From: Welwitschia mirabilis
Lineage: Eukaryota
Length of the DNA: 64,000 nucleotides
Direction of reading: 5' to 3'
NCBI GenBank assembly: GCA_051453625.1
Contig: JBOZIK010000001.1
Coordinates: 20,492,059-20,556,058, forward strand
In this document: positions 11,701-24,739 of the stretch, in pieces
How positions within the stretch are numbered: the stretch's first letter is position 1
How the letters are laid out: every line of letters starts with the position of its first letter
Position numbers and translations under genes: made by a program
The notes under the pieces: generated by a model
Told to the model about the DNA's origin: nothing
Databases searched by the model: none
Seen by the model: the letters and a program-made list of their open reading frames with translations, nothing else

Positions 11701-14700
11701 AGGGCCCTTTTCTCTTGTGATAATCCTAGATATCCATCATGATGAGTTACTAGAAGATCCTTTTTAAAAAGATTCTATAATAATCCTTGCAATACCTCCT
11801 ATTGGTATTGACTTATTTCTTGTTCTGATAAGTTTCCCTATTTTATAAATGAGGTGTTGGAAATGTCAGTTATCATTTAATTTCCTTGATCTGTCTGCTC
11901 TTTATGTAGTAAACAATTCTTTAGCTGGGTAGTACAATTTTTAAGTATTTATTCATGCATGCGATTGATTCCCTTCGGTAGTTAGAAATAGCCATTTCCG
12001 CCTCCCCTCCATTCCCCACCCCCCTTTGGAACTATGCATATCTATGTAGCCTTCTTACTTGTTTATAATTTACCTTGCTTACATTGCTACTCTTCAGATG
12101 CTTGAATTATAGAAGGATTTTCATCTCTTTTGGCCTTTTTCTCTATTTATCCTCCCTCTTCTCTCCCGCTCTTGCTTTCTCAGTGCCTGTGCTTCCTACT
12201 TTTTCTGCTATTTAGAGATAGTAATCCAATGCACCAATAGCCAGATTTCTTTTTTCTTTCTTTTAGAAATCAAACTAGAGTGTCTTAAGCCTAAAGAATT
12301 GAGGGTCAATCCCAAAGTGCCACTATTATAAGTCCTAAAATATTCTACTCTGAGGAACTCTTTCCTCTCCAAATTGAAACAATCAATCCTTCTTTACATT
12401 TAGGGTAAATAAGTTTGAATGAAGAACATATCTTCGATTAGAAAATATGCTAGCACAAAGAGATTAGTAGATACCTAACTATAATTTAATGCATTAGGCA
12501 CAGAAGTTTGGCTACATTTGAAGCATGATTGAGAAGCATGTTTAGCTAAATGATACGTCATGCTTACTTAATAGTAGGTTAAATGACCTTCACAGATTAT
12601 GAAAATTATTAGCTCATCTAATACTAGTTTTGGCTAAGATCTAGCTATACAAAGGGTCAATGGTTTAAAATGGTACATCCATAATGACTTTAAAGATGGT
12701 TGAACTAGCTAATGGTAAACCTAGTCCCAGTTTTACTCCTATTGATCCTTTAAACTATTTAATATAAAGGTGTTATAAGTAGTGGTATATGTCTTTGGAA
12801 AAGGATGATTTTCATAATTTATAAAGAGAAGAATGTTGCATCTAAAATTTATAGATGTTGAAGGACATTTGAATTTAGAAGGAAAAGTTATTTAATTACT
12901 CATCTTTACAACAAGTTAGTTTCCAAGTAATACTTTATGCAAGGTGATGACTTGGCTTTTTAAAAAATAAAAGATTACCTTCTTGTTAATATGTGTGACT
13001 CATGTATTCTCAATGTTTTTTGTAATGTAAGTAGAAACTAACATTTAGATTTTATTTTTGGATGTTTCTTATCAATGAATATTTATTTACTAAATGTCAT
13101 TTCCACTAATAAGATATTACATTCCTATTTAATTTTCTTTCAATTTAAGAACAATTAGAACCTAGATGGTCAGACCAACAAAGGGTAAAATTTTAATTTA
13201 TTATGTCTTAGTTCATAGGTAAAAATAATTATCTTATTACATTTCATCTCCTAGAATAAGATTTAGCTATCTATGCTTCTAAATAATGCACTTCTAGAGC
13301 ACAAAGTAATGGGTCATTCAACCATTTCTAATCACTTAACATCTAAATAAATGAGTGTTGAAGATTCTTCTACTATTTTTTAATACCTTAGCATTTTAGA
13401 TCCTGTTTTATATATTAGGAAGTTTGAGCATTATGAACAGAAAGCTAATACCCTTACATAAAGGTCCAGAATCAATAGCAAACCTTTGTTGACTAATACA
13501 CAATAAAATTATGTCATTAAATGTATTTAAATGGGATGATAAGGGTTTAACATAAATCTAATATTTAATTAAATGATTAGGATTGCAATGTATCTTGATC
13601 ATTAAGAGAGTCTTTCAGCCAAGCTAAATAAATCATAGAATATATGATGCCTTTTTCCATGTTCTTGAAGGTTCCTAATTAGTATGCCTTAGATGATCAT
13701 GTAATGCTAATGTGTTTGACTTTGCATTTTCCTTTCACTTTATCTTACTTCACTTTAACATAGATTTGCATTTCAAGTATTCATTTGAAACTTCTATATC
13801 AAGTCCAACTTATCACCAATTAGAGCACTATTGATCTTTTTAAGAGAGGAAGGTTAATGATCACTTTAGCAATGTAGGATACACAAATCCTTGACTTCCT
13901 AATTATGTAGTTATGATTCAATCTAAAATGTTTTGATTCTTGAATCTAAATGATTACTCTCTGTCTAGTATTCATAACATAAAATGATTATAGTATATGA
14001 GTTTTTGAGCTTCTTGAAAGTATTATAGAATTAAAACTAGCATAGGAAGGATTCGACTCTTTTAAATTATAGCTCTCTATAATTTTGTACTAGCTACTTT
14101 TATAGGTTTACTTTCATTTCCTATATAATTTGTTTGGTTTGAAATTGCATGATGATCTAAGCAGCAAGAGGCTTAAGCACAACGCTCAAAATAAAAGAGT
14201 GTAGACTGAAAGAGAATCACAATTTATAAGCTTAGGTTTGAAGAATTTATACATAACATCTTAAAAGGATGAGCGTCATGATCTAGAGTAAGAGATTGTT
14301 GTGTTACAATATCTGATTTTTTCAATTTGGATTTAATAGGCCAAGCGTATTTTGATTTTGGTCGAAGCAAGAAGATTGTTAAGATATTTTGTCTTTCAAT
14401 CATCTAGAAGCATATTCAACTATGTTCTTAAAAATTCCTTGCAAAATCAATTATGTGGTCTTAATCCAACCTCCCATGAATATATGCTAGTTCATAACAT
14501 TTTCCATAATCAAGTAAGCTTTATAACCTTAGAAAATGGGAAAGATTAAAAGTTCATGTATAGAAAAATCACTTTCATAAACTTTGACGTTGATATACAT
14601 ATATAATACAACTTTTAGAGCACTTAATATGAAGTAAAGTGAAGGGTAGAGAAATAATAATTTCCAGAGGCTTCCTCATTCCAAATACAAGAGATGATTT

Positions 14701-14854
14701 GTGTTATCATGATGACTAATTAGCAAGCCTTTATATAAATTTTCCAACAATTTAATTTGCGTTGAAGGAAGATAATTTCAACTTGGTAAGTACAACGATT
14801 AGGGGAATATAAAATAGATGTATTGTAGCTTAAGTTTCAAGGATGAAACCTCTT

Positions 14855-14868
14855 AAGGAGTGGAGTAA
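14855..14868 (+). promoter_or_regulatory. Polypurine tract of Tekay-like element
   Basis: aaggagtggagtaa immediately before the 3' LTR. Confidence 0.8.
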
Positions 14869-16576
14869 TATCACGTCTATATTTTTAAGGTCCAAGATTC
14901 TAAATAATAATTAATGTTATAGAGCCTTTAGCTAGTTTAATTATTGCATGTATTTATTTTCTGATGTAAGNNNNNNNNNNNNNNNNNNNNNNNNNNNNNN
15001 NNNNNNNNNNNNNNNNNNNNNNNNNNNNNNNNNNNNNNNNNNNNNNNNNNNNNNNNNNNNNNNNNNNNNNTCTAAATAATAATTAATGTTATAGAGCCTT
15101 TAGCTAGTTTAATTATTGCATGTATTTATTTTCTGATGTAAGTGTGTAATTTTATCTTAAAAATTTTGTGCTATAATTCCTCACATCTTGTACTAGTCAT
15201 CATATTACCTTTGTTAAAAATTATTAGTGAACTAATTATGATTCTTTTGTAGTTAAATTATTGTAACTATCGCACTTATATCTATTTAATTTGAAAAATA
15301 TCTTTTATGTGATTTTTGGAAATTACTTGTTATCGTTGCATTATGAGTGCTAAGATATTAACTTTTACCATCATAACCACCCTCCTTTGTGATGGATCCT
15401 TTTCATGTCCTTATGTCCTTTAACATTCCACATTCTCAACTATAAATAAGACACTCTTTTCTTTTCATTTGGTATCTTGAGAATCCTTCTCTACTAAATG
15501 TTGGAGCTTGGATAAGCCTTGGAACCTTGATGCCTTGGAATTTTCATAGTCTTTGAATCTTCATTTGTATTCAGGTATGATTTTATAGTATTCATTTCAT
15601 TCTTGTATGGTTCTTGGCTTTTCATTTATTTTCTTACATGACCCTTATCTTGTGCATCTTGAATAATATTTATTTTTGGATGACTTTTGTATTCATGTAA
15701 TTCTTGTAAAGTTGTTCTTACATATCAATGAAGTTTGCATTTATACTACATACATTATCTTAGGTACATTACATTGTAACCCTTTCCATCTTGTCTAAGT
15801 ATTGTGATGATCTGTCGACTTGACTTGTTTGGTTTTTGACCTTGATTGATGACTTTTAAATAAAAAAACTAAAACTGACTAGGATAATCAATTTTTTAGA
15901 CTTCAGGAAGTGATACTCTCTGAAGGGAGTCTTGAGGCCATGGGACCGAACTTCCAAGATGAATAGGAAAAATGTGACTAATTTACCATTTATCCCTCCT
16001 AGATTGTATGCAACTAGATTACCAAAATCTATTATGGAGTAATAGTAAAAGAAGATAAACTCAAAATGGAGTCTTGGCCATTTTCATTTATTATTGTTAT
16101 TCCTTCTTCACTTGATAACCCCTTTTCATTTCATACCTTATCATGGACCATACTAGGAACTGTTAAGATTAAAGTTCTCATACCATGCTATTTGTGTTTA
16201 ATAGGTAGTTGAGTGGAGCATAGAAAAAGCTAATTTATCTTGCCAAGAAGGGCATTTGAAATGTTGATTTTCTAGCTTGTACATGAGAATTTGTTAAAAT
16301 GGAGAGATTTGTTCATCATTGTAACCTGTAATTTATTATATCTTATAGTTGACCTTTGATATATGATGATTTTTAAGTTATCTTGGAAATAATAAGTATT
16401 TATTTCCTTATGTATTTTCACATTATGTGAGTTATTTATCTCTTTTACCTATAAAAGTTACTTATAAATGTATTTTTGTATGCATCTAGATTTATTTAAT
16501 AATTGTTGGCTTAAATATTTAATAAAAGCATTTGTAAAAGTTTAAGCTTTTAGTTGTGAAAAACTAGGATGTTACA
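14869..16576 (+). repeat. 3' LTR of Tekay-like element (contains a 100-N gap with duplicated flanks)
   Basis: tatcacgtct...ggatgttaca, colinear with 8189-9776. Confidence 0.92.
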
Positions 16577-18444
16577 ACTACCTATGAACATGTTGTGTGT
16601 AGATGTTTCAGTCTTTTATTGAAAGTAGAAGCTGGTTATTAGTTTTTTTAATCTTCTAAGTGGTTGTATTTCCTTTTATAGCAAATTTAAGTCTAAGTTT
16701 TTTCATAGATATGATGGCTAATATAATTCACAAGATTTGTTAACTTTCCTATTAACTTTGAGGCATAACCCTCAAGAACATGTAAAAATTCACAATTATA
16801 GATTTCTTAGACTATTCAATCTGATAAACAACATCCTAGAATCTACTGACTGAGCTCTTTAAATTATCTACTTAAATTCATTAGTACTATAGCTTTTAGT
16901 TTTAGTGAGAAATGATAATTTAGTAATTCCCTTAATAACTACAATGAAATTTCTTCAAGGGATTATACTTAGATATATCCATTTAAGGTTTTATTAATCT
17001 TTTTCATAGTACTATAATAATTTATCTTGAATACCAAACCAAACATTAAGTATTTACCTTTAACATCATCTATTCCCTCTTCATCGTCTGATACAAAAAT
17101 ACTTCCATTGCTTAAAAATATATCAAACCAACTATAAAAATTAAATCTTAATAAAAAGTTTTATTCTATTAAGAAGATTGGAGAAAAATCTATTGAAAAG
17201 GCAGTTATCATGAATACTAAAAGTTGTCTTTTATAAGAATATTCAACAAAATAAGATTTTAAAGAAGAAAAATGTTGTGCTTATTTTGATGATATTTGAT
17301 TCATATTATGAATTAGATAGTGATGTATTAGAAAGAGAAAATTCTAACTCATTTATTTCCTATTCTTATCAACTTAGTTATGGTTTCTTTGAAATTTAAA
17401 GTGAATTAGACTCAGATTCTAATAATTAAAGAAATGTTACTAAACCCATCATTAGCTAAGTGTAATTCTAACAACTATGAACTTAGATCAAAGAAAGAAG
17501 AACCAGTTACATACCCCATCCCATCTAATATTATTTCATCATCAAGCATTATTAAGAAGCCTTTTGAACCTAAAAAAAATACTACATCAATGAAGAACAA
17601 AAAAATAAGTAAGTGTTAGTTTAATGCCTCAAAATAATATTAAAAATAACTCAAGAAAAGAAGAGGGTAAACAAATAACACCCTATTATATTTGAAAGTA
17701 TATCTTAAAGCCTAAGGCGTATTATGTACTAGATGGAGGTTCTAAATATGACATCAGAGAATACCTAAAAAAAGTTAGGGCTAATATTAGCTTTTATTAA
17801 TTGCTTAGTATGATAAGATAAAAGAAAAAATTACTCAATGCTCTGAATTACTTAGAATGTAAGTTACACATGAATCAAATAGAAAATCATACTATTACTA
17901 TTACAACTTCTAAATCCACTTTAGATAATCAGAAGCCAAACAAGATGAATCTCTTCTTATTGACATTATTAATGGGGAAGATTTTCCTTCATAATTGTAT
18001 TCTAGATGCTAAAGCTTTAGCAACTCTTATGCTCTTTTCAGTTTTTTAGAAAATAGGACTAGCCCTAGAAAACTCCCCATATAATGTAAATTAGATCAAT
18101 AAATCTAAAGTTAAAATTATAAGCCAGATTAATAATGTTGTCTTGGAAATGGTAAAAGATCCTAGAATTTCTAGTATAATGAACATTTAAGTCATTGATT
18201 TCCCAGTTGTGTATAGTCTAATTTTAAGTAGAAATTAAATGAAAACTATTAATGGATATTTAGCCATAGATCTTTCTAATATGTGGATTTATTTTAACCA
18301 AATACTAAATGAAATATTAATACATAATAAGCCTTATATAAAATACTTAGTTGTTAACTCTGTTAATTCATTTAATGGCATCTGTACTATCACTGAAGAA
18401 TTATATGAATTTGGACTAATTCCATTTTATCCCTTTCTGAGGCA

Positions 18445-18820
18445 TGGAAATTACATTTTGATGGAGCACATTCATAGCAATGTTCTCCAACCAAGATTTA
18501 TCTAGAGTTACAATATGTTAGATCCTTTGCTTGTGTCTATCATTATAATTTTTCAGTTATAATAATGAAGTCAAATACAAATATCTATGCCTTAATCTTA
18601 AGTTTATACTTTTAAGAATAATTAAGTTTTTATCAATGTTCAAAGACTTCCAATTAGTTATTAAATAGATTAAGAACAAATACACAATTAATAATAAGCT
18701 ATTAAAAGCTTATTGTTATGTGGTTAAATAACTCTTGAATAAAGTTTTAGTCTTTAATCTTATCATAATAATAAGACTAGAGAATTAAAAGGCTCATAAT
18801 TTAGCTTAGTTAGCATCTTC
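18445..18820 (+). pseudogene. Additional (archaeal-type) RNase H domain located between protease and RT
   Basis: WKLHFDGAHS...NEVKY...KDFQLVIK*IKNKY...LKAYCYVVK*LL...FNLIIIIRLEN*KAHNLA*LAS matches the aRH motifs FDG, NNxAEY, GDSxLV and RxxNxxADxLA. Confidence 0.85.
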
Positions 18821-20454
18821 AAATATGGAGCAAGATATACATTCTTATTCTAAACTATTTTTAGGGGGGAAAAATCTATGAACTATCAGCTTTAGATAAT
18901 ATATAACATTCATAGGTTTTCAATTTATAATATCAAATATAATAGTTTCTCAATAACTCACATGTATTTGAAGATCAATGTTTGGAAGAATCAGATCATA
19001 GTCAAAATAATATCTTTAATGATGTTTCAATATCTTCAGTTTTAAATACAATTCCAATATGACTATTAAACCTCGAGTATGATTTCTTTTAGAAAAATTT
19101 TACAAGTACTCTAGAGATTTAATCATAAATTTCTATTGATACAAATAAGGTTAACTTATTATATGGTCCACAAAAATGAAAGGAATTTAACATTAACACT
19201 TCTACATCATTAACATTTTAAGTTCATTTAGTTGAATTACTACAATAGTATAGAGATGTATTTGCTTAAACAGATAAGGATCTTAAAACCTTCAATCATA
19301 AAACTATAATCCATTAGATTTTGATTAATCTAGGACTTGAACCATTCATCTAGAAGTTAAGAGTTATTAATCCTAAGATAGAGCTTGTTATGTATGAATA
19401 ACTTAAAAAACTTATTTAGTCTAGCATAACATATGCTATCAATTATACCATGTGGTTTGTAAACCTTTTTATAGTATGTAAAAAGAGTGGTAATATTTGG
19501 TTTTATGTCAATTTTAGAAACTTAAACCAATCCTTCATCGAAGATTAATATCTATTACCTAGAATTGATGAAATTATCTAAAGAGTTTTAGGATGTGAAA
19601 TCTTTTCTTTTTTAGATGTATTTTTAGGATACAACTAGATATTAATACATAAGGAAGATCAGATTAAGATTGCTATTATTACAAAATGAGGAATGTTCAC
19701 TTACAAAAGTATGCCTTTTGAATTATCAAATGTTAGGATAAATTTTCAAAGAGTTATGCGCAAAACTTTTTAAGATATTGTAAATTTCTTTATAATAGTT
19801 TATTTGGATGATATAACTATATACTCACAAAAGAAAACTAATCATGTTTCACATCTTAAAATAGTGTTTAACCACTATAGAGATTTTGGGATATCTCTTA
19901 ACCCAAAAAAAAGTATCTTAAACTTAAAGTTAGATATCATACTTAAGCATTGCATTTTCATATTTGGAGCAATCATAAATCCATATAGAATTAAGATGAT
20001 AAGATAATTACAATTTATAAACTCAAAGAAAGCTTTAAGATCATTTTTGAAAAAATTAACTTTGTCAAGAAATTCATCCCTGAAGTAACCAAACTATTAT
20101 AATAAATGATCAAACAAAATCAAAAGGTTAAGAAAAATCTAGAAGCATATGCTATCTTTATATCATTTATTAGGTTTATTAATCAAGCTCCTATTTTATT
20201 AGCCCATGATTTTATCAAGGATTTTTTCTTACATGCTGTTGGTTCTTATGATTCAATTACGTCACTACATATATTAAAGCAAGTAGAATAAGACTTCTAA
20301 TTTCGTTTTTTAGTACAATACTTAAAGAAGCATAGTTAAAGTATATTAAATTAGAAAAACACACATGACTTCATAAAATATGTTCAATATTTTAAATATT
20401 ATATTTATTCAAACAAAATATTTTTAATAGTATTTCACCCTATGATCAAGAAAA

Positions 20455-21893
20455 TGATAGGATCGAGAACCCTAGGGGTGGAGCTGAATAGGTTCTTTTA
20501 AAAAGATGCAACACAATATTCTAAATGAATCCAATCTTAAATAAAACTTGCATACAATAATTAACTAATTTAAAATATGCATGAAAATAGGAAAATAATG
20601 GAAGTAAAGAAATAATGACTGAAAGTACAAAAATACCAAATGGATGCAAGCCAGATTTATAGTGGTTCAGGAAATCCCCTACTTCACTCTCAACAATTAG
20701 CTTATTTCCAAGCAAGATCTTGGATCTTCATTACTCCACCAGGTATTTCAAGTTTACCTGTAACCTTTACAAACAGACTTTTCTAGGCTTAGTCTCAACA
20801 TTTGAATAGATTTTTCAAGGCTTAGTCTCAATCTTTCACAAATCAAAGTAGTGATGGAATAATGCCAACAAAGCATGGATATCACTCATTCTTAATTGAG
20901 TATATTTGGTGGAGCTCTTCTCCTATGGATGTAATGAATAAAGCATAGGATCTAACCTTAAATGTACAGATGATACACATGATAGATCTTCTTTGATCAG
21001 AAGTATAGATACCAAGATAAAATAGTAAAAGTTACAAGATTACAATGCTTGATCCTTCAGATCCAATATATTCACCCAATTAAAAATATTCCAAAAGATT
21101 CTTGGGTTATCTATGCCTTAGCTATCTATATTGGAAGGCTTTTAGGGTTTATTACATTTGAAATGCGCTTCTAGCGATTATAAACAGCTAGAAAATGGCT
21201 ACTTAATGACTAAATAATGGATACATAACAATTAGAAAATTTTACTTCTGTTTGGTTTGGTCGACCTCTCAAAAGTCCGATCGACCCCTCAAAAGTTCAG
21301 TTGACCCCATCTGGTGTCGTGACTTACACAGGTCGCTCGAGTGAGAAATTCAATCACCCAAATTTCTTACGGTTCCTTGTCCGACCAACTCCATCTAGGT
21401 CTAGTTAACCCCAATCTAGATCCCTTTAAATGTCCAATCAACCCCATGATGATTGGCTCAGGTCAACTACATAGTGCTTAGGTCCGATTAACTCCATCAT
21501 AGGTCTAGTTAACCCCTTGACAATTAGTTCAAGAGTAATATTCCTTAGTTCATAGATCTAGTCGACCCCATCATAGGTTCGGTTGACCCCTTGTTATTTA
21601 GTCTAGGGATACTATTTATCAGGTCCTCAAATCTAGTCAACCCCATAAAGATCTAGTTGATCCTTGTCATTCAATTTAAGGATACTAGTTCTTGAGGTTA
21701 CAAGTCTTGTTCACCCCTTGAAAATTTAGTCGACTCCTTAAGAGGTTAAAAGAAATAACAGGTTCTAGTGTTCAGAAGTTGATGATTTTTGTTCCATCTT
21801 TCGACCTACAAGTAATTTAACATCTTCTTCATAAGATACACAAAATTTGCTATATAAAAAACATTAGTTTGACATCAATTGACAAAACATAAT
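20455..21893 (-). repeat. 3' LTR of SIRE-like element (its inner end recurs at 24060-24119)
   Basis: tgataggatcgagaacc...gatgcaacacaatatt is colinear with 29398 onward. Confidence 0.85.
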
Positions 21894-22590
21894 ACAATAG
21901 AGAAAACCTATCTCTACACTCATGAAAATAAATGACAAGATTAATATTAATTTAAATGACAAGGATGTAGATACAAAGCTATATAGAAGCATGATTAATA
22001 GTCTCCTATACCTCATAGCAAGTATGTGAACATTACCTTTGTTGTTAAATTATGAGTTAGGTACCAAGCTAAACCAAAGGAATCTCATTTATGTGCTATG
22101 AAAAGGATGTTAAGTTATGTAAATTCTATTCTAGACTATGGAATTTGGTTTTATAAAGATTTTAATTTACATTTATTAGCATATTATGATGCCAATTGGA
22201 TTGGCTCTAGAAATGATAGAAAACATAATAGTGGAAATTATTGCTTTCAAGGCTCATGTTTTTTAATTAGGCTTGTAAGAAAAAAATATCTATTTTTTTA
22301 TTCATTACTAAAGCTAAATATGTATTAGTCAATAGTTATAGAGCATATGTTTATGATTCATTATGCATTAAAGGATCTAAATATTAATGAATTAAATACT
22401 TTCATCTCTTATGATGACTTTAGTGCTATTAACATCGTTATAAGGCTAGTCTGGCACTATATAACTAAACACGTAGACATCAAACATCATTTCATTCATG
22501 GTCATGTAGAAAATCATGACATCCATGTTGAATTTATCCCTTATAAACAACAAATTTTTGGAATTTTTATCATTAATTTTTTATGAAAAA
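21894..22590 (+). pseudogene. Second copia RT C-terminus/RNase H fragment in opposite orientation
   Basis: VDTKLYRSMINSLLYL, YQAKPKESHL, AYYDANWIGSRNDRKHNSGNYCF, TKHVDIKHHFIHGHVEN. Confidence 0.88.
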
Positions 22591-24739
22591 TATAAGGTAT
22601 TTTGAGTTGTTTTTAAACCATTATTTTCTCTATTTTTCTTCTTTTAATAAATTTTTAACTTAGTAATGCTTAGAAGATAAAGTTTCTACATCGATTTTAC
22701 TAAGTATACATGGAATGAAGTGAAATTTTTATTACATTTCTCATATTCCAAATTGAATTATGATGATTGTGCATGTACTTATGGTTATGGTTCTTTATCT
22801 ACTATTAAAAATTACATAACTTAACTCTTTTCTTTATTTATTGTCTTAAGTTTCATATCCTTCAATCTCCATTTCCTTAATGATTTGAAATTTTACCTTA
22901 TTAAACTACATTTCTCCATATTCAAATTTTACCTTGTCTAGGTTATAAACCAATTATTTGACAAAATATCCTCCCTATTTATTCATTTATCTCTTTAAAA
23001 TTTTGATGTATTTGATAATTTATTATGTTTATTTGCTTAAATTTATAATGATTTATACTTTATAGCATAGTTTCTTAGGCATTGTAATGTATTTTTTAAA
23101 TAAAATTTATACATGTGCTAAAATTTATTCTGATACTAATGACAAGTATTTGAGTATAAACCATGTTTCCTTGCACTAGAGGAGGAGTTGCACTTGATGT
23201 CATAACCCAGTTTTTTATTAGACCTAAGAAGATGATGTGGTAGAATATGACTTGAGAATATAATATGAAATGGGTGAGAAGCTTACTACATACAATAATC
23301 ATATAGTCTATATGTATAGTCTATATGGCTACCTATTGGTAAATGGAACTGAAGTTGCATCAGTAGATCCTAAATGTTGTAGTCACCAAGAATGCAATAT
23401 ATGCTTTTCAACATACTGAAGGGTGAGATCATGAGGTTGAAAGGGCAAAGAGAGCAAATTATGTAAGATGTACTGTGCTAAAAATAGTATCATGAGTGGT
23501 CTAACTGTTGGCTAGGCTATGAAGCTCTAGGTTGTTCATCCAGTTCTTTCACGAGGCCCATCAGTGAACAATGATCCCAGCCTAATCCCTAGTGTTAATA
23601 GTGAACAATGACCTTAGTTTAACCCCCTTGATATGCCACCCTTTTCTATATAGAGTGATTATAAGTTACTAGGTATTTAATATGCGAAGCAAGGGAACTA
23701 CCAGCACATATATGTATGACTACTAGCTTTAGAGCTATTGCCTGTCGAGGTCGAGGTTCCATCTCAGGTGAGTTAAATTCTTCACTACTAGTAACATTAT
23801 GATATCTGTAGTGTCACTTGTTATCAACATATCATGGCACATTGTTAACATGCATCAAGAAGCTACTTCCATCTGCTCACCCTTATATATGCTTTGACTA
23901 TTGCTTATGTGCAAATAACTAATTCCACTCTTCCTATCCTATGGTATCCTAGTATACTGNNNNNNNNNNNNNNNNNNNNNNNNNNNNNNNNNNNNNNNNN
24001 NNNNNNNNNNNNNNNNNNNNNNNNNNNNNNNNNNNNNNNNNNNNNNNNNNNNNNNNNNNACAAAATTTGCTATATAACAAACATTAGTTTAACATCAATT
24101 GACAAAACATAATCTAAAAATCTCCTCCTTTGGCATTGATGACAAACAATACTTGGTTGTAAAAAGATTAGAACTTTATAAAACCTCTCCCTTACAAAAT
24201 GCCTATTGCACGATAATACTCCTTTTAAAACAAGTTAAGACATTTTAAACAATCAAATTTTGTTCTTTAAATAGAACAATTCAATATGCATATTTAAAAG
24301 TTTAAAAGAGGCACAACTTTATGATAAGCATAATTTATTTCTAATGATAGAAGACTTTAAACTTTTTAAGTTAAGTATATATAATATTAAAAGAAAAACA
24401 TGTTGAGCATATATGATTTGGAAAAATACAAAAATATTTGAGATACCAATTGAAATACAATTTTGTGCAATATAAAAAAACATTTAAACATTCAATAAAT
24501 AAATAACTAATTATCCCCCTTTTTGACATTAATGACAAAGAAGAGAATAAACGTTTAATGATAAAACAAAATTAGATTTTTGTACTTTTGCTGGGATAGC
24601 TACAAAACCTAGAGTGTCCAGGCGACCAAGTTTTATACTGATTAACTGACATCATCTGGTCAACCGAATCACAGATCCACTCGACCATCCTTTAATCAGC
24701 CACAGGACGATGAGAGAAGCCCCAGTTCATTTTTGACCT

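Larger units (their letters stand above)
8189..16576 (+). mobile_element. Full-length decayed Ty3/gypsy chromovirus (Tekay/Del-like) with ACTAC target-site duplication
   Basis: Paired LTRs. TSD actac at 8184-8188 and 16577-16581. PBS and PPT present, with a ttcaaggatgaaa motif before the PPT. Integrase C-terminal (VHNIFH) and chromodomain-like (YEVK*R) remnants at about 14430-14660. Confidence 0.9.
7195..20454 (+). mobile_element. Decayed Ty3/gypsy Tat-lineage retrotransposon (gag-PR-aRH-RT-RH), interrupted by a Tekay element and cut at 20455 by a copia LTR
   Basis: Gag-like frame continues across the insertion (HVVCRCFSLLLKVEAGY*FFNLLSGCIS from about 16585). Protease LHNCILDAKA at about 17987-18016. 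RT motifs DVFA*, VNFRNLNQ, LDVFLGYN*I, MPFELSN, FQRVM, and YLDD at 19801. RNase H APILLAHDFIKDF at about 20187. Confidence 0.85.

Noticed and set aside
14899-15142. Exact 72-bp duplication around the 100-N gap in the 3' LTR
   Set aside because: The flanks of a standard-size gap are identical and the 5' LTR has a single copy, so this is an unmerged contig overlap. The same applies at 26890-27085 and 57314-57490.
21255-21740. CRISPR-like repeat-spacer pattern
   Set aside because: The repeats are short and degenerate and are reproduced in the partner LTR; this is a normal SIRE-type LTR motif array.
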